DNA of 53,129 nucleotides from Enterovirga sp. (GCA_028290695.1 JAQGJJ010000158.1:1-53129), one strand, 5' to 3'; counted from the first letter of the stretch, positions 1-8,234 are shown. A program made the numbers and translations. Notes: generated by a model from the letters alone, not told the origin.

Positions 1-126
1 GCGGCCCGGCGGGACGCGGCCATCGCGGCCGAGAACGCCGAGCTGCGCCGGCGCATGGACGACCTCGCCGACGCAATCTTGGCCACGCGGCCGCCCGTCA
101 GGCCCGAGGACGCTCCGGGGGCCTGA
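1..126 (+). CDS. 3' end of a hypothetical protein (coiled-coil-like C-terminus), truncated by the window edge
   Basis: Frame 1 is open from position 1 (AARRDAAIAAENAELRRRMDDLADAILATRPPVRPEDAPGA) to TGA at 124-126, with GC3-rich codons. Confidence 0.6.
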   Translation, partial: AARRDAAIAAENAELRRRMDDLADAILATRPPVRPEDAPGA

Positions 127-190
127 CACACGCCCGGCCATTGCCGCCCACCGGGCGGCACGGTAAGCGGCCCTCAACAGGAGAAACGCC

Positions 191-976
191 ATGGATCTGG
201 GTCTCACGGGCAAGCGCGCGCTGGTTCTCTCGTCGAGCCGAGGCCTCGGGCGCGGCATCGCGGAGGCGCTGGCGGCCGAAGGCGCCGACGTCATGCTGAC
301 GGCCCGCAGCGAGGACAAGCTCAAGGCCGCCGCGGACGCCATCAACGCGCGCGGCGCCGGGCGCGCCTCGTACATGACGGCCGACCTCAAGAGCGACGCG
401 GCGGGGATCCATGCCCGCGCCGTCGAGGCGCTCGGCGGCCCGATCGACATCCTGGTGGCGAACACGGGTGGTCCCCCGGCCGGAACCGCGACCGCCGTCG
501 AGCCGGATACCTACGGGGCGCAGTTCGACGCCATGGTCATGCCGGTGATCCGGCTGGCCGGCCTGGCGCTGCCCGGCATGCGGGAGCGGGGCTTCGGCCG
601 GGTCCTGGTGGTCGCCTCCTCGGGCGTGGTGCAGCCGATCCCGAACCTCGTGATCTCGAACACCCTGCGGTCCTCGCTCGTCGGCTGGGCGAAGACCCTC
701 GCGACGGAGGTCGCGGCAGACGGCGTGACCGTGAACCTGATCCTGCCCGGCCGCATCGAAACGGACCGGACCGGCGAGCTGGACGCCGCCAACGCCAAGA
801 AGCAGGGCGCGAGCGTCGAGCAGGTGGCGGCCTCCGCCCGCGCGGCCATCCCGGCCGGCCGCTACGGCCGGGTCCAGGAATTCGCGGACGTCGCCTGCTT
901 CCTGGCCTCGGAGCGGGCGAGCTACGTCACCGGGAGCACCATCCGGGTCGACGGCGGCGCGATCAGGTCGGTCTGA
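191..976 (+). CDS. SDR family oxidoreductase (3-oxoacyl-ACP reductase-like)
   Basis: N-terminal MDLGLTGKRALV..SSRGLG Rossmann motif, DILVANTGG, VTVNLILPGRIET and C-terminal YVTGSTIRVDGG. AGGAG RBS upstream. Confidence 0.9.
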   Translation: MDLGLTGKRALVLSSSRGLGRGIAEALAAEGADVMLTARSEDKLKAAADAINARGAGRASYMTADLKSDAAGIHARAVEALGGPIDILVANTGGPPAGTATAVEPDTYGAQFDAMVMPVIRLAGLALPGMRERGFGRVLVVASSGVVQPIPNLVISNTLRSSLVGWAKTLATEVAADGVTVNLILPGRIETDRTGELDAANAKKQGASVEQVAASARAAIPAGRYGRVQEFADVACFLASERASYVTGSTIRVDGGAIRSV

Positions 977-989
977 CCGCGCCCGCGCC

Positions 990-1346
990 TCATTTCGTCT
1001 GCGGCGGCTGGGCCGCGAGACCGCTCGGCGGGATCACCGGCGTGGTGCCCGGGTTCGGCACCGGCGGCCTGGCGGTGATGCCGGAATCGATCCCCGCCGG
1101 GGGCGTGATCACGCCCCCGGACGCGCCGAGCTTCTCGCTCAGCGTCCCGGTGGATCCGGTGGAATCCATCTTCTCCGGCACCGTGTTCTGCGAGGACGGC
1201 ATGTTCGGGTCGCGCGGCTGCGGCTGAACCGGGTTCCCGGGAGCCGTCTGAGCGGGCGCCGTCTGCGCGTGGGCGGCCGGCTCGGCCACGACGCCGGCCA
1301 GCAGAGCGAGGGCCGACAGGCCGAGAAGCGTGAGCGGTTGCGGCAT
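990..1346 (-). CDS. Small secreted Pro-rich hypothetical protein (118 aa)
   Basis: ATG at 1346 has a GAGGTGG RBS. Signal peptide ends in AHA-Q; mature part is Pro-rich (TLSEKLGASGGVITPP, PVPNPGTTPVIPP). The upstream promoter argues against the 1415 start. Confidence 0.75.
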   Translation of the reverse strand: MPQPLTLLGLSALALLAGVVAEPAAHAQTAPAQTAPGNPVQPQPRDPNMPSSQNTVPEKMDSTGSTGTLSEKLGASGGVITPPAGIDSGITARPPVPNPGTTPVIPPSGLAAQPPQTK

Positions 1347-1413
1347 GGTTCCCACCTCTGCGATGCGCCAGGCGCGCATGGTCGATGCCGCCCGGCGATG
1401 GCTGTGAAAGGTC

Positions 1414-1438
1414 AACCCATCCGCAGAGGCGGTGTTCC
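1414..1438 (-). promoter_or_regulatory. EcfG (general stress ECF sigma)-type promoter GGAAC-N16-GGTT
   Basis: The + strand reads AACC(1414-1417)-16 nt-GTTCC(1434-1438), about 70 nt upstream of the 1346 start. Confidence 0.65.
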
Positions 1439-1446
1439 GGTCCCGG

Positions 1447-2307
1447 TCAGGCGGCCTTGGCCTCGGGTTCCGCCATTTCGAAGTAGAGCGCGCGCAGCCG
1501 GCGCGTGTGCCGGCCCGGCTTTCCGTCCGCGACCGGCGCCCCGTCGATCTCGACCACCGGCATCACGAAGGCCGAGGCGCTGGTCACGAAGGCCTCGGCG
1601 GCCGCCTTGGCCTCGTCCACGCTGAAGAGCCGTTCCTCGACTGCGAGGCCGGCTTCGCGGGCGAGCCGCATCACCGCGACCCGGGTGATGCCCGGCAGCA
1701 CGGCGTTGGAGAGCGGCCGGGTGACGATGCGGCCGTCCGTCGTGATGATGAAGGCCGTGGAGGACGAGCCCTCCGTCACGTGGCCGTTCTCCACCATCCA
1801 GGCGTCGCCGACACCGGCTTCGGCCGCGGCCTGCTTGGCTAGCACCTGGGCCAGCAGGCCGACCGACTTGATGTCGCGCCGCGCCCAGCGCAGGTCCGGA
1901 ACGGTGATCACCTTCATGCCGGTCTCGGCCTGGGGCGCGTTCCGGATGTTCTTCGGCTGGGTGAACATCACGACGGTCTGGCGAGCCTCGGCCGGGAAGG
2001 CGAAATCCCGCTCGGCGGCGCCGCGCGTCACCTGCATGTAGACGAGCCCCTCGGCCAGGTTGTTGCGGCGGACGATCTCCTCCTCGAGCCGTGTCCACTC
2101 GGCGGCGCTGTAGGGGTTCGGGATGCGGATCTCGCCGAGCGAGCGGTCGAGCCGGGCCAGATGCGCCTCGTTGTCGACGAGGCGGCCGCCCAGCACCGCC
2201 GCAACCTCGTAGATGCCGTCCGCGAACAGGAACCCGCGATCCATGATCGGGATGCTCGCCTCCTCATACGGCACGAACGAGCCGTTCACGAAGACGATGC
2301 GCGACAT
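1447..2307 (-). CDS. dat: D-amino-acid transaminase (PLP fold type IV)
   Basis: MSRIVFVNG..DRGFLFADGIYEV, YMQVTRG, RWARRDIKSVGLL (PLP Lys), EGSSST, LPGITR. GAGGAG RBS before ATG 2307. Confidence 0.9.
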   Translation of the reverse strand: MSRIVFVNGSFVPYEEASIPIMDRGFLFADGIYEVAAVLGGRLVDNEAHLARLDRSLGEIRIPNPYSAAEWTRLEEEIVRRNNLAEGLVYMQVTRGAAERDFAFPAEARQTVVMFTQPKNIRNAPQAETGMKVITVPDLRWARRDIKSVGLLAQVLAKQAAAEAGVGDAWMVENGHVTEGSSSTAFIITTDGRIVTRPLSNAVLPGITRVAVMRLAREAGLAVEERLFSVDEAKAAAEAFVTSASAFVMPVVEIDGAPVADGKPGRHTRRLRALYFEMAEPEAKAA

Positions 2308-2441
2308 GGCTTGCTCCTCGAACACCGACCCCGCTTCCGAGCGTCGGCAGATGTAGCGGCGCTCGGCCGCGATGCGCGCCAGCCATCGCGCCGTCGGGCC
2401 GCCACGTCCAGAGCAAATCGACGTCGCGGGCCGGCCGGCGC

Positions 2442-3464
2442 TCAGCAGGGCCCGGCGAGCGCGTTCACGGCCGCCCCCGCGAGGTTGAGCGCAAGCAACT
2501 CCTCCACGCCCGGAAGGCCGCCGCGGACGGGCGTGGCGGACGAGGGCAGCGCCGCAATCGCCGCAGCGCGCTCCCGGGCGGCCGCCTGCGCCTCCACCAC
2601 GGTCACCGCAACGAAGCGAACGGCCTCGCCGGCCCGCCTGTTCGCCACGAGCCGGAGGTCGGGCGAAATCACGGTGGCGATCTTCGGGTAGCCGCCGGTG
2701 GTCTGGCAATCGGCCATCATCACGATCGGAATGCCGGCGCCGGGCACCTGGACGGATCCCGGCACGATGCCGTCCGACACGATGTTGAACCCCCGCAGAT
2801 GCGGGATCGGCGGGCCGGCGAGCCGGTAGCCCATGCGGTCGGCCTCCGGCGAGACCGTGTAGGCGGTCCGAAGAAAGACCGCGATCGCGTCCGCGTCAAA
2901 GAAGTCGTCCTGCGGTCCGAGCACGACGCGGATCGGCGCGAGTGGGTCGAGCGACAGCGTCGGCAGCGACAGCTCCGGCCCGACCGGGGCCGGGCCGGAC
3001 GCGAGCGGCAGCCCGTCCCCCGCCTGCAGCCCCCGGCCCCGGAGACCGCCGATTCCGGCGCGCCCCTGGAGCGACACGCTGCCGAGGTCGGGCGCGACCG
3101 CGAACCCGCCCGCCGCCGCGAGGTAGCTGAAGATGCCGGCCGGGGCGGCCGAGACCGTCACCGGCTCCCCGGCCTCGACGGTGACCGAAGTCCCGTGCGG
3201 GAGCAGGGTTCCGCCGCGCGACAGGCGGGCCGGTCCGGCGAGCGCCACCCGGGCCGCCCCGGCGGCGAGCCGGAAGGTGCCGCCGAGCAGGGCGAACTCG
3301 ATCGCGCCCGCGCCCGCCGGGTTGCCGACCAGTGTGTTGGCCTGGGCGAGCGCCAGCCGGTCCATGGCGCCGGAGCGCGACACGCCGAAGCGCTGCTGGC
3401 CGAAGCGCCCCGCGTCCTGCAGGCTCGTCATCGGCCCGCAGCTCTCGACCGTGAAGGCCGTCAC
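2442..3464 (-). CDS. pxpC: 5-oxoprolinase subunit C / biotin-dependent carboxyltransferase family (KipA-like)
   Basis: TSLQDAGRFG..GVSRSGAMD, DRMGYRL, PGSVQVP, DCQTTGGYPKIATV. GTG start overlaps the pxpB stop (GTGA). Confidence 0.85.
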   Translation of the reverse strand: MTAFTVESCGPMTSLQDAGRFGQQRFGVSRSGAMDRLALAQANTLVGNPAGAGAIEFALLGGTFRLAAGAARVALAGPARLSRGGTLLPHGTSVTVEAGEPVTVSAAPAGIFSYLAAAGGFAVAPDLGSVSLQGRAGIGGLRGRGLQAGDGLPLASGPAPVGPELSLPTLSLDPLAPIRVVLGPQDDFFDADAIAVFLRTAYTVSPEADRMGYRLAGPPIPHLRGFNIVSDGIVPGSVQVPGAGIPIVMMADCQTTGGYPKIATVISPDLRLVANRRAGEAVRFVAVTVVEAQAAARERAAAIAALPSSATPVRGGLPGVEELLALNLAGAAVNALAGPC

Positions 3465-4192
3465 GTGGCGGAGACCTCGAGGAGCTCCGCCACGATCGCC
3501 CCGCCCGCAGCCTGCGCCTCGAGGGCTTCGAAGGCGTCGGCCGGAATGGGATCGAACCTGACCCTGTCCCCCGGTCCGAGCAGGAACACGGGATCGCGGC
3601 CCGGCATGAAGGTCCGCACCGGCGTCCGCCCGAGGAGATGCCACCCGGACGGCGCCTCGATGGAGGCGACGAGCGCCTGGACGCCGCCGATGGAGATCGT
3701 GCCGGGCGGGGTTTTGAGGCGTGGCACGGTGCGGCGGGGCAGGGCGATGGAAGGGTCGAGCCCGCCCAGATAGGCAAAGCCCGGCAGGAAGCCGATCATG
3801 TAGACCCGATAGGTCGGGGCGGCGTGGCGGGCGATCAGCTCGTCCGGGCCGATGCCGTGCGCCTGCGCGGTTTCGTCCAGGTCGATCCCGTGCGGCCCGC
3901 CATACGCGACTGGAATGCGCCAGAGGCGGCCGGGCGACCTGTGCGGGGCCGCCGCTCCGAGCAGCGACCGAATGCGTCCCGACAGCTCCGCGAAGCCGAT
4001 CTCGACCGGATCGTAATGCACAAGGAGCGACCGGTAGGTCGGAACGGTCTCGATCAGGCCCGGACACCCGGCAAGCGCCCCATCGAGTGCAAGAACCTGC
4101 GCGTTCAGGGCCGGATCGATCGTTTCGCCGAACTCGACCGCGAGGGCGGCGTCGCCGCAGGCGAGAATGCGGGGTCCGGGCGGCGGCGCCAT
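3461..4192 (-). CDS. pxpB: 5-oxoprolinase subunit B (KipI-like)
   Basis: GDAALAVEF, ETVPTYRSLLVHYDP, RIPVAYGG, GFLPGFAYLGGL, PSGWHLLGRT motifs. Confidence 0.88.
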   Translation of the reverse strand: MAPPPGPRILACGDAALAVEFGETIDPALNAQVLALDGALAGCPGLIETVPTYRSLLVHYDPVEIGFAELSGRIRSLLGAAAPHRSPGRLWRIPVAYGGPHGIDLDETAQAHGIGPDELIARHAAPTYRVYMIGFLPGFAYLGGLDPSIALPRRTVPRLKTPPGTISIGGVQALVASIEAPSGWHLLGRTPVRTFMPGRDPVFLLGPGDRVRFDPIPADAFEALEAQAAGGAIVAELLEVSAT

Positions 4193-4263
4193 GTGCCTGT
4201 TGTAGCCGTGCGGGTCCGGTGCGGCCAGCGCTTAAGGGCGGCAGCACCGGAGCGCGTGCGCCG

Positions 4264-4590
4264 TCAGCCGAGCGAATGCCGGATGGCGGCGTGGTGGTAG
4301 GGCTTGGCGATGAACGGCATGTGCCGCAGCGGCCCGGGCAGCTCGCAGGGGCTCGAGGCCGACACGAAGGCGAACGGGACCTGCCGTTCCGCCAGGCGCG
4401 CCGCGAAGTCGAAGCTCTTCCCGTCCGGCAGGTCGATGTCGAGAAAGGCGAAATCGAGGTCGTCGGAAGCGTGCCGGCGAGCGGCCGCCACCGTGTCGCA
4501 GAGGGACACCACGTCGTGCCCGCAGCTCTCGACGACGATCTGAAGATCGAGGGCCGTGAGGGGATCGTCCTCGAGGATCAGCACTCGCAT
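4264..4590 (-). CDS. Single-domain response regulator (receiver), FATGUY/SdrG-like
   Basis: MRVLILEDD, phospho-acceptor in FAFLDIDLPDG, PFAFVSAS (variant of PFxFATGY) and IAKP. No output domain. Confidence 0.85.
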   Translation of the reverse strand: MRVLILEDDPLTALDLQIVVESCGHDVVSLCDTVAAARRHASDDLDFAFLDIDLPDGKSFDFAARLAERQVPFAFVSASSPCELPGPLRHMPFIAKPYHHAAIRHSLG

Positions 4591-4664
4591 CGTTCTATCG
4601 TCCTCGCGGATGCGTGTGGCGCATCACTCCGTCTCGGGAACGCGCCGCACACACCAACTCGTGC

Positions 4665-4689
4665 AAGCCCCTCCCGATCGGAAGGTTCT
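4665..4689 (-). promoter_or_regulatory. Degenerate EcfG-type promoter AGAAC-N16-GCTT
   Basis: The + strand reads AAGC(4665-4668)-16 nt-GTTCT(4685-4689), 75 nt upstream of the response regulator. Confidence 0.35.
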
Positions 4690-4786
4690 GCCTTCACGGT
4701 TAAGGTTGCGTAACCCTTTCGGCCTCCGGTCGATTTGGCCGGGCCTCGCGGGACGAGAGGCGGGCAGGCGGACCCCCGAACGCGAA

Positions 4787-4814
4787 GCAGCCCACGGGCG
4801 GACCCGCGGGCTGC
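4787..4814 (-). terminator. Stem-loop downstream of the stress-gene cluster, possible terminator
   Basis: Inverted repeat GCAGCCC(A)CGGG-CGGA-CCCG(C)GGGCTGC. Only a weak U-tract on the minus strand. Confidence 0.35.
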
Positions 4815-4852
4815 TGGTTCTGCGAGCTGCGGCCGCGAGGCCGCGGCGGATG

Positions 4853-5446
4853 TTAGGCGGCGCGGGACTCGTCCCCCGTGTCGCGGTCGCCCTTGGCGCC
4901 CTTGAGGGTAGCGTCGAGGTTCTCCTCGACCAGGTGCTTGCCCTGCTCGGCGAGCTCGCGCGCATAACGCAGCCCCTGGTCCTTCACCTCGTCCGCGTAG
5001 CGGCCGAACACCTGGTTTTCGCGCCGGGTACCGGGCAGCAGCGCCCCGACCAGCAGGCCTGCCGCGAGGCCGACCACACCCACCATGATGGGGTTTTCTT
5101 CCACGAAGGTCTCGACGCCGCGCCGACCGCGGGAGAATTCCGCCGCGGAACGCCGCCGCGCGTCCCCAACGGTACGGGAGGCCGATTCGTAGGAGTCCCG
5201 GCCGATACTGGCGGCCCGGTCATAGGCCTGGCTGGCCGTGTCGGCCACGCCCTTCAGCCCGTCCTTGGCGGTTGCGCTCGCCTTTCCGAGCATCCCCGCA
5301 TCGTCGCCGCCGGATCGTCCGCTACCCTGCGCGGAGCTGCCGCCCTGACCGCCACCGCCACCATGGGCGGCGCCGCTGCCCTGGCCCGTGCTGCTCTGGC
5401 CCGTGCCGCCGCCCTGACCCGAATAGTGCTTCTCGACCTCGTTCAT
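4853..5446 (-). CDS. Hypothetical Gly/Ser-rich protein with ElaB/YqjD-like membrane anchor motif
   Basis: G/S/Q-rich N-terminus, LEA-like helical middle, then ENPIMVGVVGLAAGLLVGALLP(GTRRE). GGAG RBS. Confidence 0.8.
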   Translation of the reverse strand: MNEVEKHYSGQGGGTGQSSTGQGSGAAHGGGGGQGGSSAQGSGRSGGDDAGMLGKASATAKDGLKGVADTASQAYDRAASIGRDSYESASRTVGDARRRSAAEFSRGRRGVETFVEENPIMVGVVGLAAGLLVGALLPGTRRENQVFGRYADEVKDQGLRYARELAEQGKHLVEENLDATLKGAKGDRDTGDESRAA

Positions 5447-5471
5447 CGTCCATCTCCCAAATTCGAGTTGA

Positions 5472-5885
5472 TCAGGCCTGGCCAGGAAGGCCCCGCGGGC
5501 CGGTGAGCACGTCCGTCCGGGGGAGCGAGCCCGGAAGATCGGGATCGTAGCTCCGGGTTGCTTGAGGTGGCTCGACGGAGACGTCGACGTAGTCGGCGTA
5601 GTCTTCCGTCAGGGCGAAAACCGGCTTCGGCTTGCGGCGGCTCATGTTGTAGAAGAACCAGCCGACACCCGCCGCGACGATCATGACCGGGATCGGATTG
5701 CGCCGCATGAGACCGAGCACGAAGTCGTGCCCGTTTTCGGAACGCGGCACACCGACCGAGCCCATGACCTCGTCGACGATCCCGGACACGGTCAGCTTGT
5801 CCTGGATGCGGTCGATCGTGCCGTAGAGGCGCGAGCGGGTCGCCTCGATGTCCTGCTCGATCTCGTGGACGGAATCGGACGCCAT
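5472..5885 (-). CDS. DUF3618-like domain protein
   Basis: EIEQDIEATRSRLYGTIDRIQDKL N-terminus and RRNPIPVMIVAAGVGW hydrophobic segment. ATG overlaps the upstream TGA (TGATG). Confidence 0.8.
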   Translation of the reverse strand: MASDSVHEIEQDIEATRSRLYGTIDRIQDKLTVSGIVDEVMGSVGVPRSENGHDFVLGLMRRNPIPVMIVAAGVGWFFYNMSRRKPKPVFALTEDYADYVDVSVEPPQATRSYDPDLPGSLPRTDVLTGPRGLPGQA

Positions 5886-6277
5886 CACGAAGTCCTCTCG
5901 GCCAGGATGTCGCCGTCGCGCTTGAGAGACCGTACCGTCCGGCTGGGCGTGAGGCTCGCGGCCGAGATCATGCTCTTGCCGGCCAGGATGAAGGCTCCGG
6001 CCACCAGCGCCAGCCCGGCCCCGACGATAAGGGCGGACAGCCAGCGCGAATGGATGATCAGCTCGAGGCCGTAGACCAGGGCCTGCGTCAGCCAGATCAG
6101 CGAGGCGACGGCGAACACGGCCGCCGCCGCGAACATTCCGGCCCCCTTCAGGAAGCCGGAGAGGTTCTCGGTCATCTCGGCCCGAAAGAGCTTCAGCTCC
6201 TTTTGGGCGAGGCTGGCCGCATCCTTGAGCGCGTCGCCGACGAGCTCCTGGAGCGACGCTGCGCTGCGGTCGGTCAT
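5885..6277 (-). CDS. Holin-X / phage-holin-3-6 family membrane protein (chromosomal type, not prophage)
   Basis: SLQELVGDA..L.QKELKLFRAEM, two TM helices and C-terminal LTPSRTVRSLKRD. AGGAGG RBS. Confidence 0.8.
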   Translation of the reverse strand: MTDRSAASLQELVGDALKDAASLAQKELKLFRAEMTENLSGFLKGAGMFAAAAVFAVASLIWLTQALVYGLELIIHSRWLSALIVGAGLALVAGAFILAGKSMISAASLTPSRTVRSLKRDGDILAERTS

Positions 6278-6290
6278 CGCGGTCGCCTCC

Positions 6291-6896
6291 TTACAGGCCC
6301 GTGGAGGGGGCCGCGGGACGAGGACGGGCCCGCGAGCGCTGCTGGGCCTCCGCCTGGGCGCGAGCTGCGCTCGACGCCTCCGACAGCTCCTCCGAGGAGC
6401 TCTTGATGAAGCGCGCCAGAAGGAACCCGGCCAGCACGGCCGCTGCGCCGACCGTCACCGGCTGGCGACGCGCGAAGCTTTCCATGTCCGCGTAGATCTC
6501 GGCGAAGCTGCGGTCCCGGATACCGTCCGCGAGCTGGTCGAGGCCGTCGGCGGCGGTTCCGACGAAGGCCTTTATGCTGGGACGGTCCTCGAAGCCGCCG
6601 CCGGTCTCGCGCAGCGAGCTGGCGATTTCGGCGATGGATTGCGCGGCGTTGTCCTTGCGTTGGTCCGCGAAGGTCGTGGCCTGACCCTTGGCGCTCTCGA
6701 GCAGGTTCTTGCCCTGCTCCTTTGCGGCATCCGCAAGATCCCCCGCGAGGCCGGTCGCAATCCCCGTGATGTCGCCGACGGTCGGCTCCTTGCCGCCCGT
6801 GGCGCGCGGGGCCGTCGAGCCCTGCGGGCCGAGGCTCGACCCGACCAGATCGCTGTCCTCCGCCGTGGTCCGGTTCGCCTGCATTGCCCCTGCCAT
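6291..6896 (-). CDS. Hypothetical amphipathic helical protein with C-terminal anchor (nutrient-deprivation-induced-like)
   Basis: Helical repeats, then FARRQPVTVGAAAVLAGFLLARFIKSS. GAGGA RBS. Confidence 0.8.
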   Translation of the reverse strand: MAGAMQANRTTAEDSDLVGSSLGPQGSTAPRATGGKEPTVGDITGIATGLAGDLADAAKEQGKNLLESAKGQATTFADQRKDNAAQSIAEIASSLRETGGGFEDRPSIKAFVGTAADGLDQLADGIRDRSFAEIYADMESFARRQPVTVGAAAVLAGFLLARFIKSSSEELSEASSAARAQAEAQQRSRARPRPAAPSTGL

Positions 6897-6933
6897 GTCC
6901 GTATCCTCGTAGTGTCTCGTGATCGCTCCGGGT

Positions 6934-6958
6934 AATGCTTGGCCCGCGCGGCGGTTCC
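6934..6958 (-). promoter_or_regulatory. EcfG-type promoter GGAAC-N16-CATT
   Basis: The + strand reads AATG(6934-6937)-16 nt-GTTCC(6954-6958), 38 nt upstream of the 6896 start. Confidence 0.65.
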
Positions 6959-6971
6959 CCCCGCGACCGTA

Positions 6972-8105
6972 CTAGGTGCGGGCCTTGCCGACATTGTCGG
7001 CCATCTGGGCGCCCCGGGTCCCGAGCGGCTGGGCGGGACCCTCCGTCGTGTCCTCGGCAGTCTGGTGCTCGGTTTCGGCGTTCAGCTCCGCGCCGACCAG
7101 GAGGATCGTGGCGGACAGCCACATCCAGGTCATCAGGCCGACCACCGCGCCGAGGGAACCGTAGGTCTCGTTGTAGCTGCCGAAGCTCGACACGTACCAG
7201 GAGAACAGCATGGAGAAGGCCATCCAGCCGATCGTCGCGAGCAGGCTTCCTGGCGCGAGCCAGCGCCACTGGGCACGGTCGCGGCTCGGCCCGTAGCGGT
7301 AGAGCGCGGCGACCGCGAACAGCGTGACGGCGAGCAGCAAGGGCCAGCGGCCGATCCAGATGAGCCAGTCCATAATGCCGCCGCCGAGCCCGATGAACTT
7401 CAGCACCACCGGCACGACAACGACGCTGCTGAGCGCGACAACGAGAAACAGGACGCCGCCCAGGGTGAAGGCGAGCGAGGTCAGGTTGAGGACGAAGAAA
7501 TTGCGCTTCTCCTTTTCCTCGTAGGCGACGTTCAGGGCATCGAAGATCGCCTTCACGCCCGCATTCGCGCTCCACAAGGACACCCCGAGGCCGGAGAAGA
7601 AGGCGACCCCGAGCGCGGTCTCGTCTCCGCCCGTGATGCGTTTGACCTGATCGCCCACGATCTCGATGGCGCCGCCCGGCAGGAAGCCCGACAGGGCGTT
7701 CAGGTGCTCGGAGATGGTGCTCGGGTCGGCCACGAGCCCGTACAGCGACACAAAGGCGCCGATCGCGGGAAAGATGGCCAGGAGCCCGTAGAAGGTGACT
7801 CCGGCCGCGACTGCCAGCACGCGGTCGTCGCCGATCTCGCCATAGACGCGCCAGCCGATGTCCCACCAGCCTCGTGCCGGAATCCGCTCGGGGGTCGAGG
7901 CCTGGCGCCCGCGCCCGGGTTCGCGGCCGGCTGCATGCGGGTCGGCGGCGGAGCGGTCCTTGGCGCCGGGGCTTTCACTGTCGCGCCGGTCGGGATCGGA
8001 GGTGCGGCTCGGACGCCGCCCCATGACGGCCGACAGGGCGAGAGCGAGCCCAACCGTCGCGGCTGCTGAAGACAGGCCCTGGGCCCCTGCTGGTCGCTCG
8101 CTCAT
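6972..8105 (-). CDS. YihY/virulence factor BrkB family membrane protein
   Basis: RIPARGWWDI..DDRVLAVAAGVTFYGLLAIFP, LNVAYEE, LYRYGP, YNETYGSLGAVVGLMTWMWLS..GAELNAE. Confidence 0.9.
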   Translation of the reverse strand: MSERPAGAQGLSSAAATVGLALALSAVMGRRPSRTSDPDRRDSESPGAKDRSAADPHAAGREPGRGRQASTPERIPARGWWDIGWRVYGEIGDDRVLAVAAGVTFYGLLAIFPAIGAFVSLYGLVADPSTISEHLNALSGFLPGGAIEIVGDQVKRITGGDETALGVAFFSGLGVSLWSANAGVKAIFDALNVAYEEKEKRNFFVLNLTSLAFTLGGVLFLVVALSSVVVVPVVLKFIGLGGGIMDWLIWIGRWPLLLAVTLFAVAALYRYGPSRDRAQWRWLAPGSLLATIGWMAFSMLFSWYVSSFGSYNETYGSLGAVVGLMTWMWLSATILLVGAELNAETEHQTAEDTTEGPAQPLGTRGAQMADNVGKART

Positions 8106-8160
8106 GACATCCCGGCAAACCCGGCCGCCGCGAGATGCGTCCGGCCCGGGGCCTCGTCAG

Positions 8161-8185
8161 AACGGCGGGCGGGCGCCGCGGTTCC
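8161..8185 (-). promoter_or_regulatory. Consensus EcfG promoter GGAAC-N16-CGTT
   Basis: The + strand reads AACG(8161-8164)-16 nt-GTTCC(8181-8185), 56 nt upstream of the YihY start. Confidence 0.8.
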
Positions 8186-8194
8186 GCCCGAAGG

Positions 8195-8227
8195 GCTGAG
8201 CCGCGGCACACTCGGCCGCGGCTCAGC
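8195..8227 (-). terminator. Perfect 13-bp hairpin immediately after the Arg/Tyr-rich peptide gene
   Basis: GCTGAGCCGCGGC-ACACTCG-GCCGCGGCTCAGC. No strong U-tract. Confidence 0.45.
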
Positions 8228-8234
8228 GAGGCGC

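Noticed and set aside
4699-4715. CtrA box upstream of the response regulator (GTTAAGGTTGCGTAACC)
   Set aside because: Only one good TTAAC half-site. The second has two mismatches at N7 spacing.
5885-6277. Holin as evidence for a prophage
   Set aside because: No endolysin, structural, integrase or terminase genes are nearby. The context is a chromosomal stress cluster.
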